Origin: the human T2T-CHM13v2.0 reference genome, Homo sapiens | Assembly: GCA_009914755.4 (NCBI GenBank) | Contig: CP086569.2 | Coordinates: 10,816,001-10,880,000 of the forward strand | Reading direction: 5' to 3' | DNA length: 64,000 nt | The notes under the pieces: generated by a model | Seen by the model: the letters and a program-made list of their open reading frames with translations, nothing else | Told to the model about the DNA's origin: nothing | The model's database searches: none | Shown: one piece after another, positions 41,178 through 55,700 of the stretch | How positions within the stretch are numbered: the first letter of the stretch is position 1 | Layout: each line of letters starts with the position of its first letter | Made by a program: the position numbers and the translations under genes

Positions 41178-44100
41178 TACACAATAGGCAGAAAAGTGCT
41201 CCAAATATCCACTTGAAGATTCTACAAAAACCGTGTTTCAAAACTGCCGAATCAAAAGAAAGGTTCAACTCTGTGAGATGAATGCACACATAACAAAGGA
41301 GTTTCTCAGAATGCTTCTGTGTAGCTTTTATATGAAGACATTTAGTTTTCCACAACAGGCCTCAAAGCTCTCTCCATATCCACTTGCAGATTCTACCGAA
41401 AGAGTGCTTCCAAACTGCTCAATCAAAAGAGACATTCAAATCTGTGAGGTGAATGCAGACATCGTAAAGAAGTTTCTCAGAATGCTTCTGTGTATTTTTT
41501 GTGTGAAGTTATTCGTTTTTGCACCATAGGCCTCCAAGCGTTCTAAATATCCACTTCTAGATTCTACAAAAAGAGAGTTTCAAAACTACTCAAACAAAAG
41601 GTTCAATTCTGTGAGTTGAAAGCAAACATCACAAAGAAGTTTCTCAGAATGCGTCTGTGTAGTTTTTATGTGAAGATATTTCCTTTTCACAGTAGAATGC
41701 AAAGGGCTCCAAATATCCACTTGGAGATTCTACAAAAAGAGTTTCAAAACCGCTCTGTCAAATGATAGGTTGAACTCCCGGAGGTGAATACACACATCAC
41801 AAAGAGGTTTCTCAGCATGCTTCTGTGTAGTTTTTATGTAAACATATTTCCGTTTCTATCATAGGCCTCAAAGTGCTCCAAATATTCACTTGTACATTCT
41901 ACCAAACGAGTATTTCAAAACTGCTCAATCAAATGGAAGGTTCAAAACCGTGACATGAATGCCCACATCACAAAGTAGTTTCTCAGAATGCTTCTGTGTA
42001 GTTTTTATGTGAAGATATTTCCTTTTCCACAACAGCGTGCAAAACGCTTCAAATATGCCCTTAGAGATTCCACAAAAAGAGTGTTTCCAAACTACTCAAA
42101 TCAAAAAATGATTTCAACTCTGTGAGATGAATGCACACATCACAAACTAGTTTCTCAGAATGTTTCTGCCTGGTTCTCATGCGAAGATAGTTCCTTTTTC
42201 ACCATAGGCCGCAATGTACTCCAAATATCCACCTGCAGATTCTACAAAAGTGAGTTTCAAAACTGCTCTATCAAAAGATCAGTTCGTCTCTGTGAGTTGA
42301 ATGCATACATCAAAAAGAAGCTTCTCAAAATGCTTCTGTGTGGTTTTTCGGTGAAGATAGTTCTTTTTCTACCATAGGTCTCAAACCACTCCAAATATCC
42401 ACTTGTAGATTCTATAAAAAGGAATGTTCAAAATTGCTCAATAAAAATAAAGTTTCAACACCGTGAGATGAGTGCACAAATCACAAAGAAGTTTCTCAAA
42501 ATGCTTCTGGGTAGTTTTTCTGTGAAGATAGTTCCTTTTCTACCATGGGCCACAAAGGGCTCCAAATACCCACTTGCAGATTCTACAAAAAGAGAGTTTC
42601 ACAACTGCTCTATCAAACAATATGTTCAACTTTGTGGGTTGAACACAAATATCACAAGAATTTTCTCCCAATGCTTCTGTGTAGTTTTTATGTGAAGACA
42701 TTTCTTTTCCCTCCATAGTCCACAAAGTGCTCCAAATATCCACTTACATATTCTAGAAAAAGATTGCTTGGAAACTGCACAATGAAAAGAAAGGTTCAAA
42801 TATATGAGATGAATGCACACATCACAAAGAAGTTTCTCAGAATCTCTCTGTGTAATTTTTATGTGAAGATATTTCCTTTCCCACCTTAGGTCTTAAAACG
42901 CTCCAAATATCCACTTGCAGATACTACAAGAAGATTGTTTCAAAACTGCACAAAAAAAGAAATGTTCAATTCTGTTTGATGAATGCACACATCACAAAGA
43001 AGTTTCTCAGAATGCTTCTCTGTAGTTTTTATGTGAAGATATTTCCTTTTCCACAATAGGCCTCAAAGGGCTCCAAATATCCACTTCCAGATTCTATGAA
43101 AAGAATATTTCCAAACTGCTCAATCATAGGAAATGTTCAACTCTGTGAGATGAATGCACACATCACAAGAAATTTCTCAGAATCCTTCAGTGTAGGTTTT
43201 ATGAGAAGATAATTCCTTTTCCACAATAGTTCTCAAAGCACTCAAAATATCCACTTGCAGATTCTACAAAAGGAGTATTTCAAAACTGCTCAATCAAAAG
43301 AAAGTTTCAACTCTGTGAGATGAATGGACACATCACAAAGAAGTTTCTCAGAATGCTTCTGTGTAGTATTTTTGTGAAGATATTTCTTTTCCACCATAGA
43401 CCGCCAGGGGACACAAATATCCACTTTCAGATTCTACAACAAGAGAGGTTCAAAACTACTCGATCAAGAGATGGTTTCAACTATGTGAGTTGAATGCACA
43501 CATCACAAAGAACTATGTCGGAATTCTTCTGTGTAGTTTTTATGTGAAGATATTTCCTTTTCCACAATAGACGTCAAAGTGATCCAGATATCCACTTGCA
43601 GATTCCACAAAAAGAGTGTTTCAAAAGTGCACAACCAAAAGAAAGGTTCAACTAGGTGAGATGAATGCACACATCAGAAGGAAGTTTCTCAGAATGCTTC
43701 TGCATAGCTTTTAAGGGAAGATACTTCCTTTTCCAACATAGGCCTCAAAGCACTCCAAATATCCTCCTGGAGATACCACAAAAAGAGTGTTTGCAAACTG
43801 CTCAATCAAAAGAAAGATTTAACTCTGTGAGATGAATCCACACATGACAAAGAAGTTTCTCAGAATGCTTCTGTGTAGTTTTTATGTGAAGATATTTCCT
43901 TTTCCACAATAAGACCCAAAAGGCTCCAAATATTCACTTGCAGATTCTAAAAAAAACAGTGTTTCAAAACTGCTCAATCAAAAGATAGTTCAACTCTGTG
44001 AGAAGAATGCTCACATCACTGAGAAGTTTCTCAGAATGCTTCTGTGTAGTTTTTATATGAAGATATTTCCTTTCCCACCGTAGGCCACAAAAGGCTCCAA

Positions 44101-46962
44101 ATATCCACTTGCAGATACTATGAAAAGAGAGTTTCAAAACTGCTCATTCAAAAGATAGGTTCAACTCTGTGGTTTGAATGCACACAGCACAAAGAAGTTT
44201 CACAGAATGTGTCTGTGTAGTTTTTATGTGCGGATGTTTCCTTTTCCACCATATGCCTAAATATTTCCCAATTTCCACTTGCAGATTCCACAAGAAGAGT
44301 GTTTCAAAACTGCTGTATCAAATAAAGTTGAACTCTGTGAGGTGAATGCACACAGCACAAAATGGTTTCTCAGAATGCTTCCTTGTTGTTTTTATATGAA
44401 GATGTTTCCTTTTCAACAATAGGCCTCAAAGTGCTTCAAATGTCCACTTGCAGATTCTACAAAAAGAGTGTTTCAAAACTGCTCAATCAAAAGAAAGGTT
44501 CGACTCTGGGAAATTAATGCACACATCACAAAGAAGTTTCTCAGCTTCTGTGTAGTTTTCATGTGAAGTTATTTCCTTTTCCACAATAGGCCGCAAAGGG
44601 CTCCAAATATCAACTTACAGATTCTAGGAAAAGAGAGTTTCAAAACTGCTCTACGAAAAGATAGGTTGAACTCTGTGAGATGAATGCACACATCACAAAG
44701 AAGTTTCTCAGAATGCATCTGTGTAGTTTTTACGGGAAGACATTTCCTTTTCCACCATCTTCCACAAAGGTCTCCAAGTAACCACTTGCAGATTCTACAG
44801 AAAGACACTTTAAAAACTGCTCTATCAAAAGATCAGTTCAAGTCTGTGGTTTGAATGCACACATCACAAAGAATTTTCTCAGAATGCTTCTGTGTAGTTT
44901 TCATATGAAGATATTTCCTTTTCCACCATAGGCCTCAAAGCACTCCAAATATCCACTTGCAGATTCTACAAAAAGAGATTTTCAAAACTAGTCAATCAAA
45001 AGAAAGGTTCAACTCTGTCAGTTGAATGCACATATCACAAACAAGTTTCTCGGAATGCGTCTGTGTAGTTTTTATGTGAAGATATTTCCTTCTCCACAAC
45101 AGGCCTCAAAGTGCTCCGAATATCCACTTGCAGATTTTACTAAAGAGTGTTTCCAAACTGCTCAATCAAGAGGAAGTTTCAAGTCTGTGAGCTGAACGCA
45201 CACATCACAAAGTAGTTTCTGAGAATGCTTCTGTGTAGTTTTTATGTGAAGATGTTTCCTTTTCCACCATAGGCTGCAAAGGGCTCCAAATATCCACTTG
45301 CAGATTCTACAAAAAGAGAGTTTCAAAAGTGCTCTATCAAAAGATAGGTTCAACTATGTGATATGAATGCACACATCACAAAGTAGTTTCTCAGAATGCT
45401 TCTGTGTAGTTTTTATGTAAAGATATTTCCTTTTCCACCATAGGCCTCAAAGCACTCCAAATATCCACTTGCAGATTCTACAAAAAGAGATTTTCAAAAC
45501 TATTTAATCAAAAGAAAGGTTCAAATCTGTCAGTTGAAGGTACATATCACAAACAAGTTTATTGGAATGCTTCTGTGTAGTTTTTATGTGAAGATATTTC
45601 CTTTTCCACAACAGGCCTCAAGGTGCTCCAAATATCCACTTGCAGATTTCACTAAAAGTGTGTTTCCAAGCTGCTCAATCAAGAGGAAGTTTCAAGTCTG
45701 TGAGGTGAATGCACACATTACAAAGAAGTTACTGAGAATGCTTCTGTGTAGTTTTTATGTGAAGATATTTCCTTTTCCACCGCAGGCCTCAAAGCGCTGC
45801 AAATATCCACTTGCAGATTCTACAAAAAGAGAGTTTCAAAACTGCTGTATCAAAAGATAGGGTCAACTCTGCGAGTTGAATAAACACATCACAAATAAGT
45901 TTCTGGGAACGCTTCTGTATAGTTTTATGTGAATATATTTCCTTTTCCACCATATGCCTCAAAGCACTCCAAATATCCACTTGCACATTATAGAAACATA
46001 GTCTTTCAAAACTTGTCAATCAAAGAAAGGTTCAACTCCGTGAGATGAGTGCACACATCACAGAGAAGTTTCTCGGAATGTTTCTGTGTAGTTTTTATGT
46101 GAAGATATTGCCTTTTCCACAATAGGCCCCAAAGCGTTCCAAATGTCCAATTGCAGATTCCACAAAAAAAGTTTTTTAAAACTGCTCAATCAAATGATAG
46201 ATTAAACTCTGTGAGATTAGTGCACACATGTCAAAAAAGTTTCTCAGAATGCTTCTGTGTACTTTTTAGGGGAAGATATTTCCTTTTCCACCATCGGCCA
46301 CAAAGGACTCCAAATAACCACATGCAGATTCTAGTAACACAGAGTTTCAAAACTGCTCTATCAAAAGATAAGTTCAACTCTGAGAGTTTAGTGCAACCAT
46401 CGTGAAGAAGTTTCTCAGAATGCTTCTGAGTAGTGTTTATGTGAAGATATTTCCTTTTCCACCATAGGCCTGAAAGCCCTCCAAATATCCACTTGCAGAT
46501 CCTACAAAAAGAAAGTTTCGAAATGCTCTCTCAAACGATAGTTTCGACTCTGTGGTATGAATACACACATCACAAAGAAGTTTCTCAGAATGCTTCTGTG
46601 TAGTTTTTAAATGAAGATATTTCTTTTTCCACCATAGGCCTCAAAGCACTCCAAATATGCACTTCCAGATTCTACAAAAAGAGTGTTTCAGAACTGCTCA
46701 ATCAAAAGGAAGGTTCCAGTCTGAGACAAATACACACATCAAAAGGTAGTTTCTCAGAATGCTTCTGTGTAGTTTTTATGTGAAGATATTTTCCTTTCCA
46801 CCATAGGCCACAAATGGCTCTAAATACCCACTTACATTTTCCACAAAAAGAGAGTTTCAAAACTGCTCTACCAAAGGTAAGTTTAACGCTGTGAGTTAAG
46901 AACATCACAAAGAAGTTTCTCAGAATGCTTCTGTGTAGTTCTTACGTAAAGATATTTCCTTT
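41178..46962 (-). repeat. HOR copy 8, short form (34 monomers, 5785 bp)
   Basis: Offset 5785. Private SNVs at 46139 (T>C) and 46145 (A>G). Confidence 0.9.
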
Positions 46963-49900
46963 TACACAATAGGCAGAAAAGTGCTCCAAATATCCACTTG
47001 AAGATTCTACAAAAACCGTGTTTCAAAACTGCCGAATCAAAAGAAAGGTTCAACTCTGTGAGATGAATGCACACATAACAAAGGAGTTTCTCAGAATGCT
47101 TCTGTGTAGCTTTTATATGAAGACATTTAGTTTTCCACAACAGGCCTCAAAGCTCTCTCCATATCCACTTGCAGATTCTACCGAAAGAGTGCTTCCAAAC
47201 TGCTCAATCAAAAGAGACATTCAAATCTGTGAGGTGAATGCAGACATCGTAAAGAAGTTTCTCAGAATGCTTCTGTGTATTTTTTGTGTGAAGTTATTCG
47301 TTTTTGCACCATAGGCCTCCAAGCGTTCTAAATATCCACTTCTAGATTCTACAAAAAGAGAGTTTCAAAACTACTCAAACAAAAGGTTCAATTCTGTGAG
47401 TTGAAAGCAAACATCACAAAGAAGTTTCTCAGAATGCGTCTGTGTAGTTTTTATGTGAAGATATTTCCTTTTCACAATAGAATGCAAAGGGCTCCAAATA
47501 TCCACTTGGAGATTCTACAAAAAGAGTTTCAAAACCGCTCTGTCAAATGATAGGTTGAACTCCCGGAGGTGAATACACACATCACAAAGAGGTTTCTCAG
47601 CATGCTTCTGTGTAGTTTTTATGTAAACATATTTCCGTTTCTATCATAGGCCTCAAAGTGCTCCAAATATTCACTTGTACATTCTACCAAACGAGTATTT
47701 CAAAACTGCTCAATCAAATGGAAGGTTCAAAACTGTGACATGAATGCCCACATCACAAAGTAGTTTCTCAGAATGCTTCTGTGTAGTTTTTATGTGAAGA
47801 TATTTCCTTTTCCACAACAGCGTGCAAAACGCTTCAAATATGCCCTTAGAGATTCCACAAAAAGAGTGTTTCCAAACTACTCAAATCAAAAAATGATTTC
47901 AACTCTGTGAGATGAATGCACACATCACAAACTAGTTTCTCAGAATGTTTCTGCCTGGTTCTCATGCGAAGATAGTTCCTTTTTCACCATAGGCCGCAAT
48001 GTACTCCAAATATCCACCTGCAGATTCTACAAAAGTGAGTTTCAAAACTGCTCTATCAAAAGATCAGTTCGTCTCTGTGAGTTGAATGCATACATCAAAA
48101 AGAAGCTTCTCAAAATGCTTCTGTGTGGTTTTTCGGTGAAGATAGTTCTTTTTCTACCATAGGTCTCAAACCACTCCAAATATCCACTTGTAGATTCTAT
48201 AAAAAGGAATGTTCAAAATTGCTCAATAAAAATAAAGTTTCAACACCGTGAGATGAGTGCACAAATCACAAAGAAGTTTCTCAAAATGCTTCTGGGTAGT
48301 TTTTCTGTGAAGATAGTTCCTTTTCTACCATGGGCCACAAAGGGCTCCAAATACCCACTTGCAGATTCTACAAAAAGAGAGTTTCACAACTGCTCTATCA
48401 AACAATATGTTCAACTTTGTGGGTTGAACACAAATATCACAAGAATTTTCTCCCAATGCTTCTGTGTAGTTTTTATGTGAAGACATTTCTTTTCCCTCCA
48501 TAGTCCACAAAGTGCTCCAAATATCCACTTACATATTCTAGAAAAAGATTGCTTGGAAACTGCACAATGAAAAGAAAGGTTCAAATATATGAGATGAATG
48601 CACACATCACAAAGAAGTTTCTCAGAATCTCTCTGTGTAATTTTTATGTGAAGATATTTCCTTTCCCACCTTAGGTCTTAAAACGCTCCAAATATCCACT
48701 TGCAGATACTACAAGAAGATTGTTTCAAAACTGCACAAAAAAAGAAATGTTCAATTCTGTTTGATGAATGCACACATCACAAAGAAGTTTCTCAGAATGC
48801 TTCTCTGTAGTTTTTATGTGAAGATATTTCCTTTTCCACAATAGGCCTCAAAGGGCTCCAAATATCCACTTCCAGATTCTATGAAAAGAATATTTCCAAA
48901 CTGCTCAATCATAGGAAATGTTCAACTCTGTGAGATGAATGCACACATCACAAGAAATTTCTCAGAATCCTTCAGTGTAGGTTTTATGAGAAGATAATTC
49001 CTTTTCCACAATAGTTCTCAAAGCACTCAAAATATCCACTTGCAGATTCTACAAAAGGAGTATTTCAAAACTGCTCAATCAAAAGAAAGGTTCAACTCTG
49101 TGAGATGAATGGACACATCACAAAGAAGTTTCTCAGAATGCTTCTGTGTAGTATTTTTGTGAAGATATTTCTTTTCCACCATAGACCGCCAGGGGACACA
49201 AATATCCACTTTCAGATTCTACAACAAGAGAGGTTCAAAACTACTCGATCAAGAGATGGTTTCAACTATGTGAGTTGAATGCACACATCACAAAGAACTA
49301 TGTCGGAATTCTTCTGTGTAGTTTTTATGTGAAGATATTTCCTTTTCCACAATAGACGTCAAAGTGATCCAGATATCCACTTGCAGATTCCACAAAAAGA
49401 GTGTTTCAAAAGTGCACAACCAAAAGAAAGGTTCAACTAGGTGAGATGAATGCACACATCAGAAGGAAGTTTCTCAGAATGCTTCTGCATAGCTTTTAAG
49501 GGAAGATACTTCCTTTTCCAACATAGGCCTCAAAGCACTCCAAATATCCTCCTGGAGATACCACAAAAAGAGTGTTTGCAAACTGCTCAATCAAAAGAAA
49601 GATTTAACTCTGTGAGATGAATCCACACATGACAAAGAAGTTTCTCAGAATGCTTCTGTGTAGTTTTTATGTGAAGATATTTCCTTTTCCACAATAAGAC
49701 CCAAAAGGCTCCAAATATTCACTTGCAGATTCTAAAAAAAACAGTGTTTCAAAACTGCTCAATCAAAAGATAGTTCAACTCTGTGAGAAGAATGCTCACA
49801 TCACTGAGAAGTTTCTCAGAATGCTTCTGTGTAGTTTTTATATGAAGATATTTCCTTTCCCACCGTAGGCCACAAAAGGCTCCAAATATCCACTTGCAGA

Positions 49901-52747
49901 TACTATGAAAAGAGAGTTTCAAAACTGCTCATTCAAAAGATAGGTTCAACTCTGTGGTTTGAATGCACACAGCACAAAGAAGTTTCACAGAATGTGTCTG
50001 TGTAGTTTTTATGTGCGGATGTTTCCTTTTCCACCATATGCCTAAATATTTCCCAATTTCCACTTGCAGATTCCACAAGAAGAGTGTTTCAAAACTGCTG
50101 TATCAAATAAAGTTGAACTCTGTGAGGTGAATGCACACAGCACAAAATGGTTTCTCAGAATGCTTCCTTGTTGTTTTTATATGAAGATGTTTCCTTTTCA
50201 ACAATAGGCCTCAAAGTGCTTCAAATGTCCACTTGCAGATTCTACAAAAAGAGTGTTTCAAAACTGCTCAATCAAAAGAAAGGTTCGACTCTGGGAAATT
50301 AATGCACACATCACAAAGAAGTTTCTCAGCTTCTGTGTAGTTTTCATGTGAAGTTATTTCCTTTTCCACAATAGGCCGCAAAGGGCTCCAAATATCAACT
50401 TACAGATTCTAGGAAAAGAGAGTTTCAAAACTGCTCTACGAAAAGATAGGTTGAACTCTGTGAGATGAATGCACACATCACAAAGAAGTTTCTCAGAATG
50501 CATCTGTGTAGTTTTTACGGGAAGACATTTCCTTTTCCACCATCTTCCACAAAGGTCTCCAAGTAACCACTTGCAGATTCTACAGAAAGACACTTTAAAA
50601 ACTGCTCTATCAAAAGATCAGTTCAAGTCTGTGGTTTGAATGCACACATCACAAAGAATTTTCTCAGAATGCTTCTGTGTAGTTTTCATATGAAGATATT
50701 TCCTTTTCCACCATAGGCCTCAAAGCACTCCAAATATCCACTTGCAGATTCTACAAAAAGAGATTTTCAAAACTAGTCAATCAAAAGAAAGGTTCAACTC
50801 TGTCAGTTGAATGCACATATCACAAACAAGTTTCTCGGAATGCGTCTGTGTAGTTTTTATGTGAAGATATTTCCTTCTCCACAACAGGCCTCAAAGTGCT
50901 CCGAATATCCACTTGCAGATTTTACTAAAGAGTGTTTCCAAACTGCTCAATCAAGAGGAAGTTTCAAGTCTGTGAGCTGAACGCACACATCACAAAGTAG
51001 TTTCTGAGAAGGCTTCTGTGTAGTTTTTATGTGAAGATGTTTCCTTTTCCACCATAGGCTGCAAAGGGCTCCAAATATCCACTTGCAGATTCTACAAAAA
51101 GAGAGTCTCAAAAGTGCTCTATCAAAAGATAGGTTCAACTATGTGATATGAATGCACACATCACAAAGTAGTTTCTCAGAATGCTTCTGTGTAGTTTTTA
51201 TGTAAAGATATTTCCTTTTCCACCATAGGCCTCAAAGCACTCCAAATATCCACTTGCAGATTCTACAAAAAGAGATGTTCAAAACTATTTAATCAAAAGA
51301 AAGGTTCAAATCTGTCAGTTGAAGGTACATATCACAAACAAGTTTATTGGAATGCTTCTGTGTAGTTTTTATGTGAAGATATTTCCTTTTCCACAACAGG
51401 CCTCAAGGTGCTCCAAATATCCACTTGCAGATTTCACTAAAAGTGTGTTTCCAAGCTGCTCAATCAAGAGGAAGTTTCAAGTCTGTGAGGTGAATGCACA
51501 CATTACAAAGAAGTTACTGAGAATGCTTCTGTGTAGTTTTTATGTGAAGATATTTCCTTTTCCACCGCAGGCCTCAAAGCGCTGCAAATATCCACTTGCA
51601 GATTCTACAAAAAGAGAGTTTCAAAACTGCTGTATCAAAAGATAGGGTCAACTCTGCGAGTTGAATAAACACATCACAAATAAGTTTCTGGGAACGCTTC
51701 TGTATAGTTTTATGTGAATATATTTCCTTTTCCACCATATGCCTCAAAGCACTCCAAATATCCACTTGCACATTATAGAAACATAGTCTTTCAAAACTTG
51801 TCAATCAAAGAAAGGTTCAACTCCGTGAGATGAGTGCACACATCACAGAGAAGTTTCTCGGAATGTTTCTGTGTAGTTTTTATGTGAAGATATTGCCTTT
51901 TCCACAATAGGCCTCAAAGCGTTCCAAATATCCAATTGCAGATTCCACAAAAAAAGTTTTTTAAAACTGCTCAATCAAATGATAGATTAAACTCTGTGAG
52001 ATTAGTGCACACATGTCAAAAAAGTTTCTCAGAATGCTTCTGTGTACTTTTTAGGGGAAGATATTTCCTTTTCCACCATCGGCCACAAAGGACTCCAAAT
52101 AACCACATGCAGATTCTAGTAACACAGAGTTTCAAAACTGCTCTATCAAAAGATAAGTTCAACTCTGAGAGTTTAGTGCAACCATCGTGAAGAAGTTTCT
52201 CAGAATGCTTCTGAGTAGTGTTTATGTGAAGATATTTCCTTTTCCACCATAGACCTGAAAGCCCTCCAAATATCCACTTGCAGATCCTACAAAAAGAAAG
52301 TTTCGAAATGCTCTCTCAAACGATAGTTTCGACTCTGTGGTATGAATACACACATCACAAAGAAGTTTCTCAGAATGCTTCTGTGTAGTTTTTAAATGAA
52401 GATATTTCTTTTTCCACCATAGGCCTCAAAGCACTCCAAATATGCACTTCCAGATTCTACAAAAAGAGTGTTTCAGAACTGCTCAATCAAAAGGAAGGTT
52501 CCAGTCTGAGACAAATACACACATCAAAAGGTAGTTTCTCAGAATGCTTCTGTGTAGTTTTTATGTGAAGATATTTTCCTTTCCACCATAGGCCACAAAT
52601 GGCTCTAAATACCCACTTACATTTTCCACAAAAAGAGAGTTTCAAAACTGCTCTACCAAAGGTAAGTTTAACGCTGTGAGTTAAGAACATCACAAAGAAG
52701 TTTCTCAGAATGCTTCTGTGTAGTTCTTACGTAAAGATATTTCCTTT
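46963..52747 (-). repeat. HOR copy 9, short form (34 monomers, 5785 bp)
   Basis: Offset 5785. Private SNVs at 47477 (G>A, inside the Y22 primer site), 51011 (T>G) and 52253 (G>A). Confidence 0.9.
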
Positions 52748-55700
52748 TACACAATAGGCAGAAAAGTGCTCCAAATATCCACTTGAAGATTCTACAAAAA
52801 CCGTGTTTCAAAACTGCCGAATCAAAAGAAAGGTTCAACTCTGTGAGATGAATGCACACATAACAAAGGAGTTTCTCAGAATGCTTCTGTGTAGCTTTTA
52901 TATGAAGACATTTAGTTTTCCACAACAGGCCTCAAAGCTCTCTCCATATCCACTTGCAGATTCTACCGAAAGAGTGCTTCCAAACTGCTCAATCAAAAGA
53001 GACATTCAAATCTGTGAGGTGAATGCAGACATCGTAAAGAAGTTTCTCAGAATGCTTCTGTGTATTTTTTGTGTGAAGTTATTCGTTTTTGCACCATAGG
53101 CCTCCAAGCGTTCTAAATATCCACTTCTAGATTCTACAAAAAGAGAGTTTCAAAACTACTCAAACAAAAGGTTCAATTCTGTGAGTTGAAAGCAAACATC
53201 ACAAAGAAGTTTCTCAGAATGCGTCTGTGTAGTTTTGATGTGAAGATATTTCCTTTTCACAGTAGAATGCAAAGGGCTCCAAATATCCACTTGGAGATTC
53301 TACAAAAAGAGTTTCAAAACCGCTCTGTCAAATGATAGGTTGAACTCCCGGAGGTGAATACACACATCACAAAGAGGTTTCTCAGCATGCTTCTGTGTAG
53401 TTTTTATGTAAACATATTTCCGTTTCTATCATAGGCCTCAAAGTGCTCCAAATATTCACTTGTACATTCTACCAAACGAGTATTTCAAAACTGCTCAATC
53501 AAATGGAAGGTTCAAAACCGTGACATGAATGCCCACATCACAAAGTAGTTTCTCAGAATGCTTCTGTGTAGTTTTTATGTGAAGATATTTCCTTTTCCAC
53601 AACAGCGTGCAAAACGCTTCAAATATGCCCTTAGAGATTCCACAAAAAGAGTGTTTCCAAACTACTCAAATCAAAAAATGATTTCAACTCTGTGAGATGA
53701 ATGCACACATCACAAACTAGTTTCTCAGAATGTTTCTGCCTGGTTCTCATGCGAAGATAGTTCCTTTTTCACCATAGGCCGCAATGTACTCCAAATATCC
53801 ACCTGCAGATTCTACAAAAGTGAGTTTCAAAACTGCTCTATCAAAAGATCAGTTCGTCTCTGTGAGTTGAATGCATACATCAAAAAGAAGCTTCTCAAAA
53901 TGCTTCTGTGTGGTTTTTCGGTGAAGATAGTTCTTTTTCTACCATAGGTCTCAAACCACTCCAAATATCCACTTGTAGATTCTATAAAAAGGAATGTTCA
54001 AAATTGCTCAATAAAAATAAAGTTTCAACACCGTGAGATGAGTGCACAAATCACAAAGAAGTTTCTCAAAATGCTTCTGGGTAGTTTTTCTGTGAAGATA
54101 GTTCCTTTTCTACCATGGGCCACAAAGGGCTCCAAATACCCACTTGCAGATTCTACAAAAAGAGAGTTTCACAACTGCTCTATCAAACAATATGTTCAAC
54201 TTTGTGGGTTGAACACAAATATCACAAGAATTTTCTCCCAATGCTTCTGTGTAGTTTTTATGTGAAGACATTTCTTTTCCCTCCATAGTCCACAAAGTGC
54301 TCCAAATATCCACTTACATATTCTAGAAAAAGATTGCTTGGAAACTGCACAATGAAAAGAAAGGTTCAAATATATGAGATGAATGCACACATCACAAAGA
54401 AGTTTCTCAGAATCTCTCTGTGTAATTTTTATGTGAAGATATTTCCTTTCCCACCTTAGGTCTTAAAACGCTCCAAATATCCACTTGCAGATACTACAAG
54501 AAGATTGTTTCAAAACTGCACAAAAAAAGAAATGTTCAATTCTGTTTGATGAATGCACACATCACAAAGAAGTTTCTCAGAATGCTTCTCTGTAGTTTTT
54601 ATGTGAAGATATTTCCTTTTCCACAATAGGCCTCAAAGGGCTCCAAATATCCACTTCCAGATTCTATGAAAAGAATATTTCCAAACTGCTCAATCATAGG
54701 AAATGTTCAACTCTGTGAGATGAATGCACACATCACAAGAAATTTCTCAGAATCCTTCAGTGTAGGTTTTATGAGAAGATAATTCCTTTTCCACAATAGT
54801 TCTCAAAGCACTCAAAATATCCACTTGCAGATTCTACAAAAGGAGTATTTCAAAACTGCTCAATCAAAAGAAAGGTTCAACTCTGTGAGATGAATGGACA
54901 CATCACAAAGAAGTTTCTCAGAATGCTTCTGTGTAGTATTTTTGTGAAGATATTTCTTTTCCACCATAGACCGCCAGGGGACACAAATATCCACTTTCAG
55001 ATTCTACAACAAGAGAGGTTCAAAACTACTCGATCAAGAGATGGTTTCAACTATGTGAGTTGAATGCACACATCACAAAGAACTATGTCGGAATTCTTCT
55101 GTGTAGTTTTTATGTGAAGATATTTCCTTTTCCACAATAGACGTCAAAGTGATCCAGATATCCACTTGCAGATTCCACAAAAAGAGTGTTTCAAAAGTGC
55201 ACAACCAAAAGAAAGGTTCAACTAGGTGAGATGAATGCACACATCAGAAGGAAGTTTCTCAGAATGCTTCTGCATAGCTTTTAAGGGAAGATACTTCCTT
55301 TTCCAACATAGGCCTCAAAGCACTCCAAATATCCTCCTGGAGATACCACAAAAAGAGTGTTTGCAAACTGCTCAATCAAAAGAAAGATTTAACTCTGTGA
55401 GATGAATCCACACATGACAAAGAAGTTTCTCAGAATGCTTCTGTGTAGTTTTTATGTGAAGATATTTCCTTTTCCACAATAAGACCCAAAAGGCTCCAAA
55501 TATTCACTTGCAGATTCTAAAAAAAACAGTGTTTCAAAACTGCTCAATCAAAAGATAGTTCAACTCTGTGAGAAGAATGCTCACATCACTGAGAAGTTTC
55601 TCAGAATGCTTCTGTGTAGTTTTTATATGAAGATATTTCCTTTCCCACCGTAGGCCACAAAAGGCTCCAAATATCCACTTGCAGATACTATGAAAAGAGA